Positions 22,447-32,886 are shown, counted from the first letter of the stretch. The stretch is DNA of 63,981 nucleotides from an uncultured Tissierella sp. (GCA_964485455.1 CAZAJU010000001.1:1-63981), one strand, 5' to 3'. Numbers and translations: made by a program. The notes: generated from the letters alone by a model not told the origin.

Positions 22447-22713
22447 ATGGCTGAGAAAAAGGATATTATTACAAGGTTAAAAAGAGTAGAAGGGCAGATA
22501 AAGGGTATACAAAAGATGGTGGAATCGGAACAATTCTGTGGTGATATTCTAATTCAAATTGCTGCTGCAAGGTCAGCCTTAAATAGTACAGGTGGACTAA
22601 TATTAGAAAATTACATGAAGGGTTGTTTGTGGAGTAATGCTAATGGAACTATTGAAGAAAAAGACCTTGATAAATTAGTGGACATTATGTTACAGTATAC
22701 TAAGCAAAATTAA
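22447..22713 (+). CDS. CsoR/RcnR-family transcriptional repressor (Cys/Cys type)
   Basis: RLKRVEGQIKGIQKM...CGDILIQIAAARSAL...ENYMKGC. Confidence 0.9.
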   Translation: MAEKKDIITRLKRVEGQIKGIQKMVESEQFCGDILIQIAAARSALNSTGGLILENYMKGCLWSNANGTIEEKDLDKLVDIMLQYTKQN

Positions 22714-22716
22714 TTC

Positions 22717-22754
22717 TGTTGCAGTAGATTTTATCTACTGCGATAGGATTTTTT
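22717..22754 (+). terminator. Stem-loop between the csoR-like gene and glyA
   Basis: TGTTGCAGTAGAT-TTT-ATCTACTGCGATA, T run shortly after. Confidence 0.6.
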
Positions 22755-22794
22755 TACAAAAGAATATATATATAAATTGAAAGGAGTATGGAGA

Positions 22795-24024
22795 ATGGAT
22801 TTTACAAATCTTAAGAAACATGACAATGAGATTTTAGAGGTTATTAATCAAGAATTAAAAAGACAACAAGATCACATTGAATTGATAGCATCTGAAAACT
22901 TTGTTTCAGAACAAGTTATGGAGGCAATGGGAAGCCCAGTAACTAATAAATATGCTGAAGGTTATCCTGGTAAGAGATACTATGGTGGCTGTGAAGTTGT
23001 TGACGTGATTGAAAATATAGCAAGAGATAGACTTAAGAAACTATTTAATGCAGAACATGCGAATGTACAACCTCATTCAGGTTCTAATGCTAACCTTGCA
23101 GTTTATATCTCTGTATTAAAGCCTGGAGATAAGGTATTAGGTATGAATCTATCCCAAGGTGGTCACCTAACACATGGTAGCCCAGTAAATATCTCTGGCT
23201 TATACTATGACTTCGTGGCTTATGGAGTTGATCCAGAAACAGAAATGATAGATTATGAAGCAGTTAGACAAATAGCTCTTAAAGAAAAGCCAAAGATGAT
23301 TGTTGCAGGTGCAAGCGCATACGCAAGAGAAATAGACTTTAAAAAATTCAGAGAAATTGCTGATGAAGTAGGAGCATACTTAATGGTAGATATGGCTCAT
23401 ATTGCTGGATTAGTAGCAGTAGGCTTACATCAAAGTCCAGTTCCATATGCTGACTTCGTTACTTCAACAACACATAAGACATTAAGAGGACCAAGAGGTG
23501 GAATTATACTTTGTAAAGAAGAGTATGCTAAGTCAATTGACAAGGCAATATTCCCAGGAATTCAAGGTGGACCATTGATGCATATAATCGCTGCAAAAGC
23601 TGTTGCATTTGGAGAAGCATTAAAACCAGAATTCAAGGATTACCAAGTACAAGTATTGAAAAATGCTAAGGCTTTAGCAGAAGGATTAATTGAAAACGGA
23701 TTCAGAGTTGTATCTGGTGGAACTGATAACCATCTTCTATTAATTGATACTAAGATAAAGGGAATCACTGGTAAGAAAGCTGAAGCATTACTAGATGAAA
23801 TAGGAATTGCAACTAATAAGAATACAATACCTAATGAAACTGAAAGTCCATTTATAACAAGTGGTGTAAGAATGGGAACTCCAGCTATGACTACTAGAGG
23901 TATGAAGGAAGAAGATATGAAGGAAATTGCTAATATAATAGCATTAGCTTTAGATGAAAGTAATGATAGAGAAGCTTTAAAACAAAGAGTTGCTGCTCTT
24001 TGCGCTAAATATCCATTGTATTAA
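22795..24024 (+). CDS. glyA: Serine hydroxymethyltransferase
   Basis: [41 protein letters not shown]. Confidence 0.98.
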   Translation: MDFTNLKKHDNEILEVINQELKRQQDHIELIASENFVSEQVMEAMGSPVTNKYAEGYPGKRYYGGCEVVDVIENIARDRLKKLFNAEHANVQPHSGSNANLAVYISVLKPGDKVLGMNLSQGGHLTHGSPVNISGLYYDFVAYGVDPETEMIDYEAVRQIALKEKPKMIVAGASAYAREIDFKKFREIADEVGAYLMVDMAHIAGLVAVGLHQSPVPYADFVTSTTHKTLRGPRGGIILCKEEYAKSIDKAIFPGIQGGPLMHIIAAKAVAFGEALKPEFKDYQVQVLKNAKALAEGLIENGFRVVSGGTDNHLLLIDTKIKGITGKKAEALLDEIGIATNKNTIPNETESPFITSGVRMGTPAMTTRGMKEEDMKEIANIIALALDESNDREALKQRVAALCAKYPLY

Positions 24025-24029
24025 AAATA

Positions 24030-24062
24030 AAGCCTACAGATTTCTGTGGGCTTACTCATTTT
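24030..24062 (+). terminator. Intrinsic terminator after glyA
   Basis: AAGCCTACAGA-TT-TCTGTGGGCTT. Confidence 0.7.
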
Positions 24063-24080
24063 ATTTGAAGGCGGTATAAT

Positions 24081-25412
24081 ATGGAATTAGGAAATATAAA
24101 GGAAACAAGAAATATAATTGAGGATATAGTACTTGATAGTATTGCTGAGGAATTGGAAATAGAACCTGGAGATATTCTATTATCTATAAATGGAAATGAG
24201 GTTAAAGACGTTATAGATTATAAATATTTGATTTCAGACGACTATCTTGAAGTTGAAATTCAAAAAAAGAATGGTGAAATTTGGGTTCTAGAAATAGAAA
24301 AGGACTATAACGAGGACTTAGGTATTATATTTACAAATCCACTTATAGACAAGGCAAAATCCTGTAAAAATAAATGTATGTTTTGCTTTATTGATCAACT
24401 GCCTCCTAATATGAGAGATACACTTTATTTTAAAGATGATGATTCAAGGCTTTCATTCTTACAGGGAAATTTTATAACCCTAACAAATATGTCAACTGAT
24501 GAAATAGATAGAATTATAAAATATAGACTTAGCCCAATAAATGTATCTGTTCATACTACCAATCCTGAGCTGAGAATTAAAATGCTTAAAAATAAAAATG
24601 CAGGTAAGGTATATGAAATATTGAAAAGATTTCATGAGGCTAAATTGGAGGTAAATTGCCAGATAGTATTAGTACCTGGAGTAAATGATGGGGTAGAGCT
24701 TCAAAGGACTATAGAAGATTTGGCAGTGCTTTATCCTACAGTTGAGTCCGTTGCAATAGTTCCTATTGGGATTACTAAATATAGGGATAATCTTGAAAAG
24801 GTAAGACCTTTTAATAAAGAAGAATCAATAGAGCTAATTAACTTCATGAATAAGATTCAAGCAGAGTTTTTAAATAAAATTGGAAGTAGATTTGTATTCC
24901 TTTCTGATGAATTTTATTGCTTATCAGGTTTAAGATTGCCTGATTACGATGATTATGAAGGTTTCCCCCAATATGAAAATGGCGTAGGTTTGATGAAATC
25001 TTTTGAGTATGAGATACAAGAAGAACTTAAATCTATTAAGGATAGTTCTCCAGTGAATAAGAAGTTTCTTATAGCAACAGGAACCCTTGCATACGATTAT
25101 ATGGTGAAAATTACTGATATGATAAAATCTCATTTTGATAACTTGGACCTTGTAGTAGTACCAATAGAAAATAACTTCTTTGGTAATACTATTACGGTAT
25201 CTGGATTGGTTACAGGTGGAGATTTAGTATCACAACTAAAGGATTATTCTAATGTAGATAAGATTTTTATTCCTAAATCTATGTTAAAGAGAGACGAGGA
25301 TGTTTTCCTAGATAATTTAAGTTTAGATGATGTAAAAAAACAGTTGGGTATAGATATAGTACCATCACAAGTTGATGGCAAAGAGTTTTTAGAATTGTTA
25401 AGAGAGGTGTAA
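24081..25412 (+). CDS. PDZ + radical SAM-like DUF512 protein
   Basis: N-terminal PDZ (SIAEELEIEPGD), CKNKCMFCFIDQLP, KDDDSRLSFL.GNFITLTN, QYENGVG. Confidence 0.88.
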   Translation: MELGNIKETRNIIEDIVLDSIAEELEIEPGDILLSINGNEVKDVIDYKYLISDDYLEVEIQKKNGEIWVLEIEKDYNEDLGIIFTNPLIDKAKSCKNKCMFCFIDQLPPNMRDTLYFKDDDSRLSFLQGNFITLTNMSTDEIDRIIKYRLSPINVSVHTTNPELRIKMLKNKNAGKVYEILKRFHEAKLEVNCQIVLVPGVNDGVELQRTIEDLAVLYPTVESVAIVPIGITKYRDNLEKVRPFNKEESIELINFMNKIQAEFLNKIGSRFVFLSDEFYCLSGLRLPDYDDYEGFPQYENGVGLMKSFEYEIQEELKSIKDSSPVNKKFLIATGTLAYDYMVKITDMIKSHFDNLDLVVVPIENNFFGNTITVSGLVTGGDLVSQLKDYSNVDKIFIPKSMLKRDEDVFLDNLSLDDVKKQLGIDIVPSQVDGKEFLELLREV

Positions 25413-25414
25413 AA

Positions 25415-26731
25415 ATGAAGAGGGCAGTAGTTGCAATAGTTGGAAGACCAAATGTTGGGAAATCAACCTTATTTAACAGACTAGTAGGCAGGAGGGTCTC
25501 TATTACAGAGGATACTCCAGGAGTAACTAGAGATAGAATTTATGCAGAAGGTGAATGGCTTGGTAAATTCTTCACTTTAATAGACACTGGAGGCTTGGAG
25601 CCTCAAGAAGATGATATTATAATGTCTAATATTAAAAAACAAGCACAAGTTGCAATAGATACAGCAGATGTTATTCTTTTTGTTTTAGATGGAAAGGCTG
25701 GACTTACTGCTACGGATAAGGAAGTAGGAGAAATTCTAAGGAGATCAGGCAAAGAGGTAATACTTGTATGTAATAAAATAGACACTCCTAATACTCCAGA
25801 TGAGATTTTTGAATTCTATGAGTTAGGTATGGGAGAACCAATGGTTATTTCTGCAGAACAGGCATTGGGCTTAGGGGATTTATTGGATAGAATGGTTGAA
25901 CATTTTCCTGATGATGCTGAAACAGATTATGATGAGGATATTGTAAGAGTTGCTTTCATTGGAAAGCCAAATGCAGGTAAGTCATCCTTGATAAACCATA
26001 TTCTTGGAGAGGAAAGGCTAATTGTTACGAATATTCCAGGTACTACTAGGGATTCAATCGATAGCTACTTTGAATTTGAAAATAATAAATATGTATTCGT
26101 TGATACAGCAGGATTGAGAAGAAAGAGAAGTATTTATGAAAATGTTGAAAGGTATTCAGTAATTAGAACCCTTACTGCAGTAGATAGAGCTGATATATGT
26201 GTGCTAGTTGTAGATGCTTTAGAAGGAATTACAGAACAGGATTCTAAGGTAGTTGGATATGCCCATGATAATGGAAAGGGAATTATTGTAGCTATAAACA
26301 AATGGGACCTTGTTGATAAGGACTCTAAAACCTACCTTACATTTGAAAAAGATATAAGGGAATCATTAGGATTTATCAATTATGCTCCTATAGTTTACAT
26401 TTCTGCTAAAACTGGACAAAGAGTTAATAAGCTTCTTGAACTACTTAATGTAGTGAATAACAATTATAACTTAAGGATAAGTACAGGTGTTTTAAATGAT
26501 ATTATAAACCAGGCTGTTCTTATGAATCAACCTCCGTCAGATAAGGGAAGAAGAGGAAGAATCTATTATGGTACTCAGGTAGGAGTAAGACCACCGAAAT
26601 TCGTAATATTCGTTAACGACAAGGAATTAATGCACTTTTCCTATATGAGATATTTGGAAAACCAGATAAGGGATCATTTCGGATTTAGTGGTGTACCTAT
26701 TCAATTTGAATTGAGGGAAAAAGGGGAATAA
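25415..26731 (+). CDS. der: Ribosome biogenesis GTPase Der
   Basis: Two G domains (GRPNVGKS, GKPNAGKSS), PGVTRD/PGTTRD, KH-like tail. Confidence 0.98.
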   Translation: MKRAVVAIVGRPNVGKSTLFNRLVGRRVSITEDTPGVTRDRIYAEGEWLGKFFTLIDTGGLEPQEDDIIMSNIKKQAQVAIDTADVILFVLDGKAGLTATDKEVGEILRRSGKEVILVCNKIDTPNTPDEIFEFYELGMGEPMVISAEQALGLGDLLDRMVEHFPDDAETDYDEDIVRVAFIGKPNAGKSSLINHILGEERLIVTNIPGTTRDSIDSYFEFENNKYVFVDTAGLRRKRSIYENVERYSVIRTLTAVDRADICVLVVDALEGITEQDSKVVGYAHDNGKGIIVAINKWDLVDKDSKTYLTFEKDIRESLGFINYAPIVYISAKTGQRVNKLLELLNVVNNNYNLRISTGVLNDIINQAVLMNQPPSDKGRRGRIYYGTQVGVRPPKFVIFVNDKELMHFSYMRYLENQIRDHFGFSGVPIQFELREKGE

Positions 26732-26733
26732 TT

Positions 26734-27330
26734 ATGGACATTCTTAAAATTATCACTCTTTCATATTTGATTGGTTGCTTTTCTGCTGCTTATTTAATAG
26801 GAAAAGTTTTTAAGAAGATAGATATCAGAGCATATGGCAGTGGCAATGCAGGTGCTACCAATGCTGTTAGAGTATTGGGTAAAAAAATGGGAGTAATAAC
26901 TTTTTTAATTGACTTTGTCAAAGGCATAATTGCAGTTTTTTTAGGTATTAAAATTGGCGGATACAATGGTGGTCTATTGGCAGCTGTTTTCGTAGTATTA
27001 GGTCATGACTATCCAGTATTTTTAGGTTTTAAAGGTGGAAAGGGTATAGCAACAACAATCGGTACAATTGCTGTAATAAATTTTCCAATTGGCATAATAT
27101 CTGTAATTGTTGGAATAGCCATAGCCCTTATTTCTAAATATGTTTCTTTAGGTTCAATAGTATTCGTAATTATGGTTCCATTAATGGGTCTTATATTCAA
27201 TTCTAATACCAGCAATAATTTTGTTATCTCTTATTCTATATTAGCTATTATAGGTATATATAGGCATAAGGAAAACCTTAAGAGACTACTAAATAAGACT
27301 GAAAATAAAATGGGAGGCGTTAAGAGTTGA
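26734..27330 (+). CDS. plsY: Glycerol-3-phosphate acyltransferase PlsY
   Basis: GSGNAGATN, GHDYP..FKGGKGIAT, RHKENL.RL. Confidence 0.96.
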   Translation: MDILKIITLSYLIGCFSAAYLIGKVFKKIDIRAYGSGNAGATNAVRVLGKKMGVITFLIDFVKGIIAVFLGIKIGGYNGGLLAAVFVVLGHDYPVFLGFKGGKGIATTIGTIAVINFPIGIISVIVGIAIALISKYVSLGSIVFVIMVPLMGLIFNSNTSNNFVISYSILAIIGIYRHKENLKRLLNKTENKMGGVKS

Positions 27331-28355
27331 AAGAAAGAATAGGGGTATTAGGAGGCGGAAGCTGGGGGACTGCACTATCCATACTATTAGCAAATAAGGG
27401 TTATGATTTGGATATATGGGTTAGAGATAAGAACCAGGCCGAAACAATGAACTCAACTAGGGTAAATAGCAAATATCTTCCTAATGGAATCCTACCTGAA
27501 AGTATAGAGGTAAGCTCTGATTTAGAGCGTACAATATATAATAAGGATTTTATTTTAATAAGTGTCCCAACCCATGGAGTGAGAGAGGCTTTAAATAATT
27601 CAAAGAAATTTATTAAAAAAGATCAGATTATTATTAACGTGGCAAAGGGAATTGAAAATGGTAGCTTGTTAAGGATTTCAGAAATAGTCAAGGAAATTCT
27701 TCCCCATAACGAATATGCAATGCTTTCAGGACCTTCTCATGCTGAAGAGGTAGCTATAAATCTTCCTACTACAGTAGTGTCTGCATCTACTTCTAAAAAA
27801 GTAGCTGAAAGTGTGCAGGATTTATTTATGACATCTAGTTTCAGAGTATATACAAATCCCGATATTGTTGGCGTAGAACTTGGAGGAGCTTTAAAAAATA
27901 TCATAGCTCTAGGTGCTGGAATCTCAGATGGTTTAGAATATGGAGATAATACAAAGGCTGCCCTAATGACTAGAGGTAATATTGAGATGGCTAGGCTTGG
28001 TGTAAAGCTAGGAGCAAATTCAAATACATTTGCTGGATTAACCGGCATAGGAGATTTGATCGTAACCTGTACAAGTATGCATAGTAGGAATAGACGATGT
28101 GGAATACTTCTAGGAAAAGGCTTGAGTCTTGAAGAGGCAGTAAAGGAAATAGGAATGGTTGTAGAAGGTGTTAAAACTACAAAGTCAGCCTATGAGTTAG
28201 CAGAAAAAAATGGAATTGAAATGCCTATAACTGAAGAAATATATAATGTACTCCATAATAATGCCAAGGTTTCTCATGCAGTACAGAGACTAATGGAAAG
28301 AGATAAAAAGCATGAGATGGAGGACGTAGCAAGAAACTATAACTACAACTGGTAA
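27327..28355 (+). CDS. gpsA: NAD(P)H-dependent glycerol-3-phosphate dehydrogenase
   Basis: GGGSWGTAL, SGPSHA, GGALKN, GDLIVTC.S.HSRN. Confidence 0.97.
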   Translation: MKERIGVLGGGSWGTALSILLANKGYDLDIWVRDKNQAETMNSTRVNSKYLPNGILPESIEVSSDLERTIYNKDFILISVPTHGVREALNNSKKFIKKDQIIINVAKGIENGSLLRISEIVKEILPHNEYAMLSGPSHAEEVAINLPTTVVSASTSKKVAESVQDLFMTSSFRVYTNPDIVGVELGGALKNIIALGAGISDGLEYGDNTKAALMTRGNIEMARLGVKLGANSNTFAGLTGIGDLIVTCTSMHSRNRRCGILLGKGLSLEEAVKEIGMVVEGVKTTKSAYELAEKNGIEMPITEEIYNVLHNNAKVSHAVQRLMERDKKHEMEDVARNYNYNW

Positions 28356-28379
28356 AAACCTGCTAATGCAGGTTTTTTT
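28354..28379 (+). terminator. Intrinsic terminator after gpsA
   Basis: AAAAACCTGC-TAAT-GCAGGTTTTTTT. Confidence 0.85.
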
Positions 28380-28488
28380 CTTTTCCTTTAAAATACAGTA
28401 ATATTTATTTGGTACAAACATATACATATAACAGATGATGATTTGGAAATTATATCATTGTTCTATATTGTATTGAGGGGGGAAGAAA

Positions 28489-29967
28489 GTGGAAGCTTTC
28501 GATATATACAGGGATATAAGTGAAAGAACCGATGGCGATATTTATGCCGGAATAGTAGGTCCTGTTAGAACAGGTAAATCTACTTTTATAAAAAGGTTTA
28601 TGGAGCTTTTAGTTCTACCTAATATGGAAAATAGTCATAAAAGGGAAAGAACAAAGGACGAGTTACCTTTAAGTGGTTCTGGAAAGACGATAATGACTAC
28701 TGAACCTAAATTTGTACCAAATGAAGCTGTTGAATTGGCACTTAAGGACAGCCTAAGGCTTAAAGTAAGGATGGTAGATTGTGTAGGATATCTAGTAAAG
28801 GGAGCCCTAGGTCATGAAGAGAATCAGATGCCAAGGATGGTCACCACCCCATGGGATGATAAGGCAATTCCATTTGAGGAAGCAGCAGAAATCGGAACCA
28901 AGAAGGTAATTAGAGATCATTCTACCATTGGATTTGTAATTACCACTGATGGCTCAATCACAGATATTGACAGAGCTAATTATATTAAAGCCGAAGAAAG
29001 AGTTATAAACGAACTTAAGGAAATTGAAAAGCCATTTGTAATTATTCTAAATTCCAAGCATCCAAATTTAGATAGTACTATAGCTTTAAAAGATAGCCTA
29101 GAGACTAAATATGGGGTTTCAGTAGTTGCAATGGATTGTCTTAATATGGATGCCTATGACGTGGAAAGGGTATTTGAAAAGCTATTATATGAATTTCCTG
29201 TAAAGGAAGTTAATATAAATCTTCCAGGCTGGATAGATGGCCTTCCTAGGAATCATTGGATTAGATCCTCTATTATGAATTCTCTTAAAGCTTCTATAAT
29301 GGATATGGAGAAGCTTAATCAAGTTCATGATAGCTTGATACCACTAATGGACGTAGATATAATAAAGGAAGTAAACTTAAGAGAAATAAAGCTTGGTGAG
29401 GGAGTAGTAAATGCAGATGTAGTCCTTGAGGAGGGTCTATTTTATAGGATATTAAATGAAATAACAGGATATAAGATAGAAGGAGACCACCAGATACTTA
29501 ATTTAGTTGGGAAATTGTCAGAAACTAAAAAGAAATATGATAAGATCGAAAAAGCATTAGATGAGGCAAGGGAGATAGGATATGGCTTAGTAAGCCCTAC
29601 TCAAGATGAATTGGAGCTAGAGGAACCTGAGATATTTAGACAGGGTAATAGATTTGGAGTAAAGCTAAAAGCTACAGCTCCTTCACTTCATGTTTTAAGG
29701 GCAAATATTACAACAGAAATATCACCTTTAATTGGAAGTGAAAAGCAGTCAGAGGATATGTTGGAGTATTTTATGTCTGAATTTGAGAATGAGCCATCTA
29801 AAATTTGGCAATCCAATCTATTTGGTAAATCCTTATATGACCTTGTCAACGAGCAGTTAAACAGCAAGATAACTACCATGCCTGAAGATGCTAGACAGAA
29901 GCTTAGAAGGGCATTAGAGAGGATATTAAACGATGGAAGCGGCGGGTTTATTTGTATTATAATCTAA
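28489..29967 (+). CDS. spoIVA: Stage IV sporulation protein A (spore coat ATPase)
   Basis: GPVRTGKSTFIKRFME, DELP.S, TTEPKFVP, TTDGSI, C-terminal GGFICIII. Confidence 0.98.
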   Translation: MEAFDIYRDISERTDGDIYAGIVGPVRTGKSTFIKRFMELLVLPNMENSHKRERTKDELPLSGSGKTIMTTEPKFVPNEAVELALKDSLRLKVRMVDCVGYLVKGALGHEENQMPRMVTTPWDDKAIPFEEAAEIGTKKVIRDHSTIGFVITTDGSITDIDRANYIKAEERVINELKEIEKPFVIILNSKHPNLDSTIALKDSLETKYGVSVVAMDCLNMDAYDVERVFEKLLYEFPVKEVNINLPGWIDGLPRNHWIRSSIMNSLKASIMDMEKLNQVHDSLIPLMDVDIIKEVNLREIKLGEGVVNADVVLEEGLFYRILNEITGYKIEGDHQILNLVGKLSETKKKYDKIEKALDEAREIGYGLVSPTQDELELEEPEIFRQGNRFGVKLKATAPSLHVLRANITTEISPLIGSEKQSEDMLEYFMSEFENEPSKIWQSNLFGKSLYDLVNEQLNSKITTMPEDARQKLRRALERILNDGSGGFICIII

Positions 29968-29989
29968 TTTAATAAAAGAATCTCTTAGT

Positions 29990-30029
29990 AAAAGTGGAAT
30001 TCAAGATTAAATTTTGAATTCCACTTTTT
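29990..30029 (+). terminator. Intrinsic terminator after spoIVA
   Basis: AAAAGTGGAATTCAAG...TTTGAATTCCACTTTTT. Confidence 0.85.
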
Positions 30030-30113
30030 GATTCTTAAATTGTTTTATTTGTAATTAAATTGTGATATACTATTTTTTAGTATAACGAGGTAATAAAAAG
30101 GAGGTAAATAAGG

Positions 30114-30485
30114 ATGTTATTTATCAAATATATTTTGATAATGCTGCTTTTTACCAGTGTTTTGGGGTACGTGCTAGTAGTGCTAAAGGAGAAGTTCTAT
30201 CTTAAAAATAATATAATTTTAATAGAGAATAAACATGTTACAGAAGAACATTTAAATGACACAGATATGAAGGAATTTTTCCTAGATGGCACTATGCTAA
30301 AAGCAGGTGATGAAATTAGAGTACTAACTAGTAGAAATGAAAAGATTATAGGAACTTTAATAGGAGCAATAAAAAAGGAAAAATCTATATTATTGGTTAC
30401 ACACAAGAATAAGATAGTTAAGTTTAAAATTGATAATATACAACAGTTTAAGATATTGAGCAAATACGGAAAGTTTTTTTGCTAA
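30114..30485 (+). CDS. Hypothetical membrane-anchored protein
   Basis: AAGGAGG RBS; N-terminal TM; beta-rich C-terminal domain. Confidence 0.8.
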   Translation: MLFIKYILIMLLFTSVLGYVLVVLKEKFYLKNNIILIENKHVTEEHLNDTDMKEFFLDGTMLKAGDEIRVLTSRNEKIIGTLIGAIKKEKSILLVTHKNKIVKFKIDNIQQFKILSKYGKFFC

Positions 30486-30495
30486 GGGTGATTAG

Positions 30496-31749
30496 ATGTC
30501 CCAAGATAAGTTAAGAAACAAGACTTTAAAAAAAAAGAGAAAATTTTTTGCAATAATACTTGCCTTGTCACTATACTTTTTAATGAGCTTTATGTCCACA
30601 ATATTTGGTATAGGTCATAAAACAATTCTTCCAGAGACTGGAATTCTTTATGATAAAACAGTGGGTGAAGCCTTTGTAATCAAGGATGAAAGTTTATATA
30701 CTGCTGAAGGTAAAGGAATGCTTAATCTATTGGTTAAAGAAGGAGATAGGGTTGGTGTAGGAGTTGAAATTGCTAGTATCAGCATAGTAAAGGATGATTC
30801 CAAATTACAAGAGGATCTGATAGAGGTAGAACAGCAGATAGCTATGCTATCCAAGAAGAACACGAATCCAAATTCTGATACTATAGATGGTATGACAAAT
30901 AACCTAATTGACAGAATACAGCAGGATGTTAGTTCAGAAGAATTTACTGATATTCATGGTGCAAAAGAAGAGCTTTCAGCTTTAGATAATTATTCAAATA
31001 AAGAATCATTGTTAAGCAAGAGTATAGATAGTCTTAATGCTCAAAAGGAATCCATTTTAAATCAAATCAACAATGGGTCTTTAAAATATTATTCGAAATC
31101 ATCAGGTATCGTATCCTATGAAATAGATGGCTATGAGAACTTATTATTACCAAAGGATTTTGAGACATATACCTATGACAACATTCAACTAAAGGACATT
31201 AAGAAAAGTGAAATCAAAGATAACATAGACATAGGGGAGCCAATATTTAAAATTATAGATAATTTTGAATGGTATATGGCTATTAAAATAGAAGATAAGA
31301 AGGATATACAAAGATATCATATTGGACAGGCCATGAAAATAAAGCTTGAAGACGAGCATGAGCTCATTGGAAAAATTAAGATGATTAATTATTCTGGTCC
31401 AAACGCTGTTGTGATTCTAAAATTTAATACTTATCTTCATAGTAATTATAATTTACGCCACGCACAAGTTGAGCTAATTCACTCTAAGAAGGAAGGCTTT
31501 AAGATTCCTAAAAGGGTTATAATTGAAGTGGATGGTAATAAAGGAGTATATATCAAAGAGATTAATGGAATAGTAAAGTTTAGACCTATTAAAGTATTTG
31601 GTGAAGAAGGAGACTTTTCCTTTATAGATAAAGGCGACAGCAATGGTTTTATAGAGTTAGTAAAAGATGAGAAAATAAAAACGGTTACATTATTTGATGA
31701 AATATTTACTGACCCTTCGAATGTAGTTGAAGGAGAGATATTGAAGTAA
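30496..31749 (+). CDS. HlyD-like membrane fusion/adaptor protein
   Basis: Basic N-terminus + TM; lipoyl half-motifs (LVKEGDRV; SKSSGIVSYEIDG) flanking a coiled coil. Confidence 0.75.
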   Translation: MSQDKLRNKTLKKKRKFFAIILALSLYFLMSFMSTIFGIGHKTILPETGILYDKTVGEAFVIKDESLYTAEGKGMLNLLVKEGDRVGVGVEIASISIVKDDSKLQEDLIEVEQQIAMLSKKNTNPNSDTIDGMTNNLIDRIQQDVSSEEFTDIHGAKEELSALDNYSNKESLLSKSIDSLNAQKESILNQINNGSLKYYSKSSGIVSYEIDGYENLLLPKDFETYTYDNIQLKDIKKSEIKDNIDIGEPIFKIIDNFEWYMAIKIEDKKDIQRYHIGQAMKIKLEDEHELIGKIKMINYSGPNAVVILKFNTYLHSNYNLRHAQVELIHSKKEGFKIPKRVIIEVDGNKGVYIKEINGIVKFRPIKVFGEEGDFSFIDKGDSNGFIELVKDEKIKTVTLFDEIFTDPSNVVEGEILK

Positions 31750-31753
31750 AGGA

Positions 31754-32446
31754 GTGTCTAAAATTAGCATACTGGAGAATTTAGATTCTGTTAAAGATAA
31801 TATAGAAAAAGCTTTGCTTAAATCAGGCAGAAAGGATAAAGTCCAATTAATTGCAATAACCAAAACCGTAGATGTGGAAAGTATAAAAGAAGCTATAAAT
31901 CATGGCGTCACTGATATTGGGGAAAGTAAGGTTCAGGAATTAGAAGTTAAGATGCCTTTACTGGGTGATAAAATAAATTATCATATGATAGGGCATCTGC
32001 AAACAAATAAGGTAAAATATATAGTAGATAAAGTAAAGTTAATACATTCTTTAGACCGAATTTCACTTGCTAAGGAATTGGATAAAAGGGCTGGTCAAAA
32101 AAAATGTATTTCTGAAGTTCTACTTGAAGTAAACGTTGCAGCAGAGGAAAGCAAATCAGGGCTTAAGGTTTTGGAGGTCTTACCCTTTATAGAGGAGATT
32201 CTTGAATTACAGAACATTAAGGTTAGAGGGCTGATGACTATCGCTCCTAATACAACTGATGAAGCTTTACTTAGGAATGTTTTTAGAACTCTTTATAGCC
32301 TTAAGGAGGATATAGCAAGGAGAAACTATAGTAATATTTCCATGGATTATCTATCTATGGGAATGACTAATGATTATACAATTGCTATAGAAGAGGGTTC
32401 TAATATGGTAAGAGTGGGAACTGGAATATTTGGAAAAAGAAAATAG
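31754..32446 (+). CDS. yggS: YggS/YlmE pyridoxal phosphate homeostasis protein
   Basis: LIAITK, HMIGHLQTNK, GLMTI, LSMGMTND, VRVGTGIFG. Confidence 0.95.
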   Translation: MSKISILENLDSVKDNIEKALLKSGRKDKVQLIAITKTVDVESIKEAINHGVTDIGESKVQELEVKMPLLGDKINYHMIGHLQTNKVKYIVDKVKLIHSLDRISLAKELDKRAGQKKCISEVLLEVNVAAEESKSGLKVLEVLPFIEEILELQNIKVRGLMTIAPNTTDEALLRNVFRTLYSLKEDIARRNYSNISMDYLSMGMTNDYTIAIEEGSNMVRVGTGIFGKRK

Positions 32447-32457
32447 GGGGCATTCAA

Positions 32458-32886
32458 ATGAGCAAGTTTGTGGACAAGTTTAAATATTTTATAGGTATTG
32501 ATGATTATGAGGAAGAAGAGTATGTAGAAGAAGTTGATGATGGTTTAGAGGAGCCTGCAACTACAAAGACAAAGAAATTTAATAATAAAGTGGTAAATAT
32601 ACATACTAATATCAACATGAAAATAGCAGTTCATGAGCCACTTAATTATGATGATGGTCCTGCTATTATAGACGATATCAAAGTTAGAAAAGCAGTAGTG
32701 CTTAACTTTGAGCAACTAGATGCAACACTTAAGAGACAGATTTTCGATTTCGTAAGTGGTGGTCTCTATGCATTGGATGCAAAAATTCAAAAGGTGAATA
32801 AAGATATCTTTATTCTTGCACCAAGTAATGTGGAGATAGACGGTCTGAAGGATGAATTAAAAAATAGGGGGATATTCCCTTGGTAA
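32458..32886 (+). CDS. sepF: Cell division protein SepF
   Basis: N-terminal amphipathic helix, IFDFVSG..YAL, IFILAP. Confidence 0.93.
   Translation: MSKFVDKFKYFIGIDDYEEEEYVEEVDDGLEEPATTKTKKFNNKVVNIHTNINMKIAVHEPLNYDDGPAIIDDIKVRKAVVLNFEQLDATLKRQIFDFVSGGLYALDAKIQKVNKDIFILAPSNVEIDGLKDELKNRGIFPW

Noticed and set aside
22447-22713. Copper sensor CsoR or formaldehyde sensor FrmR
   Set aside because: Lacks the His ligand of Cu-CsoR and the Pro2 of FrmR; no cop or frm genes adjacent
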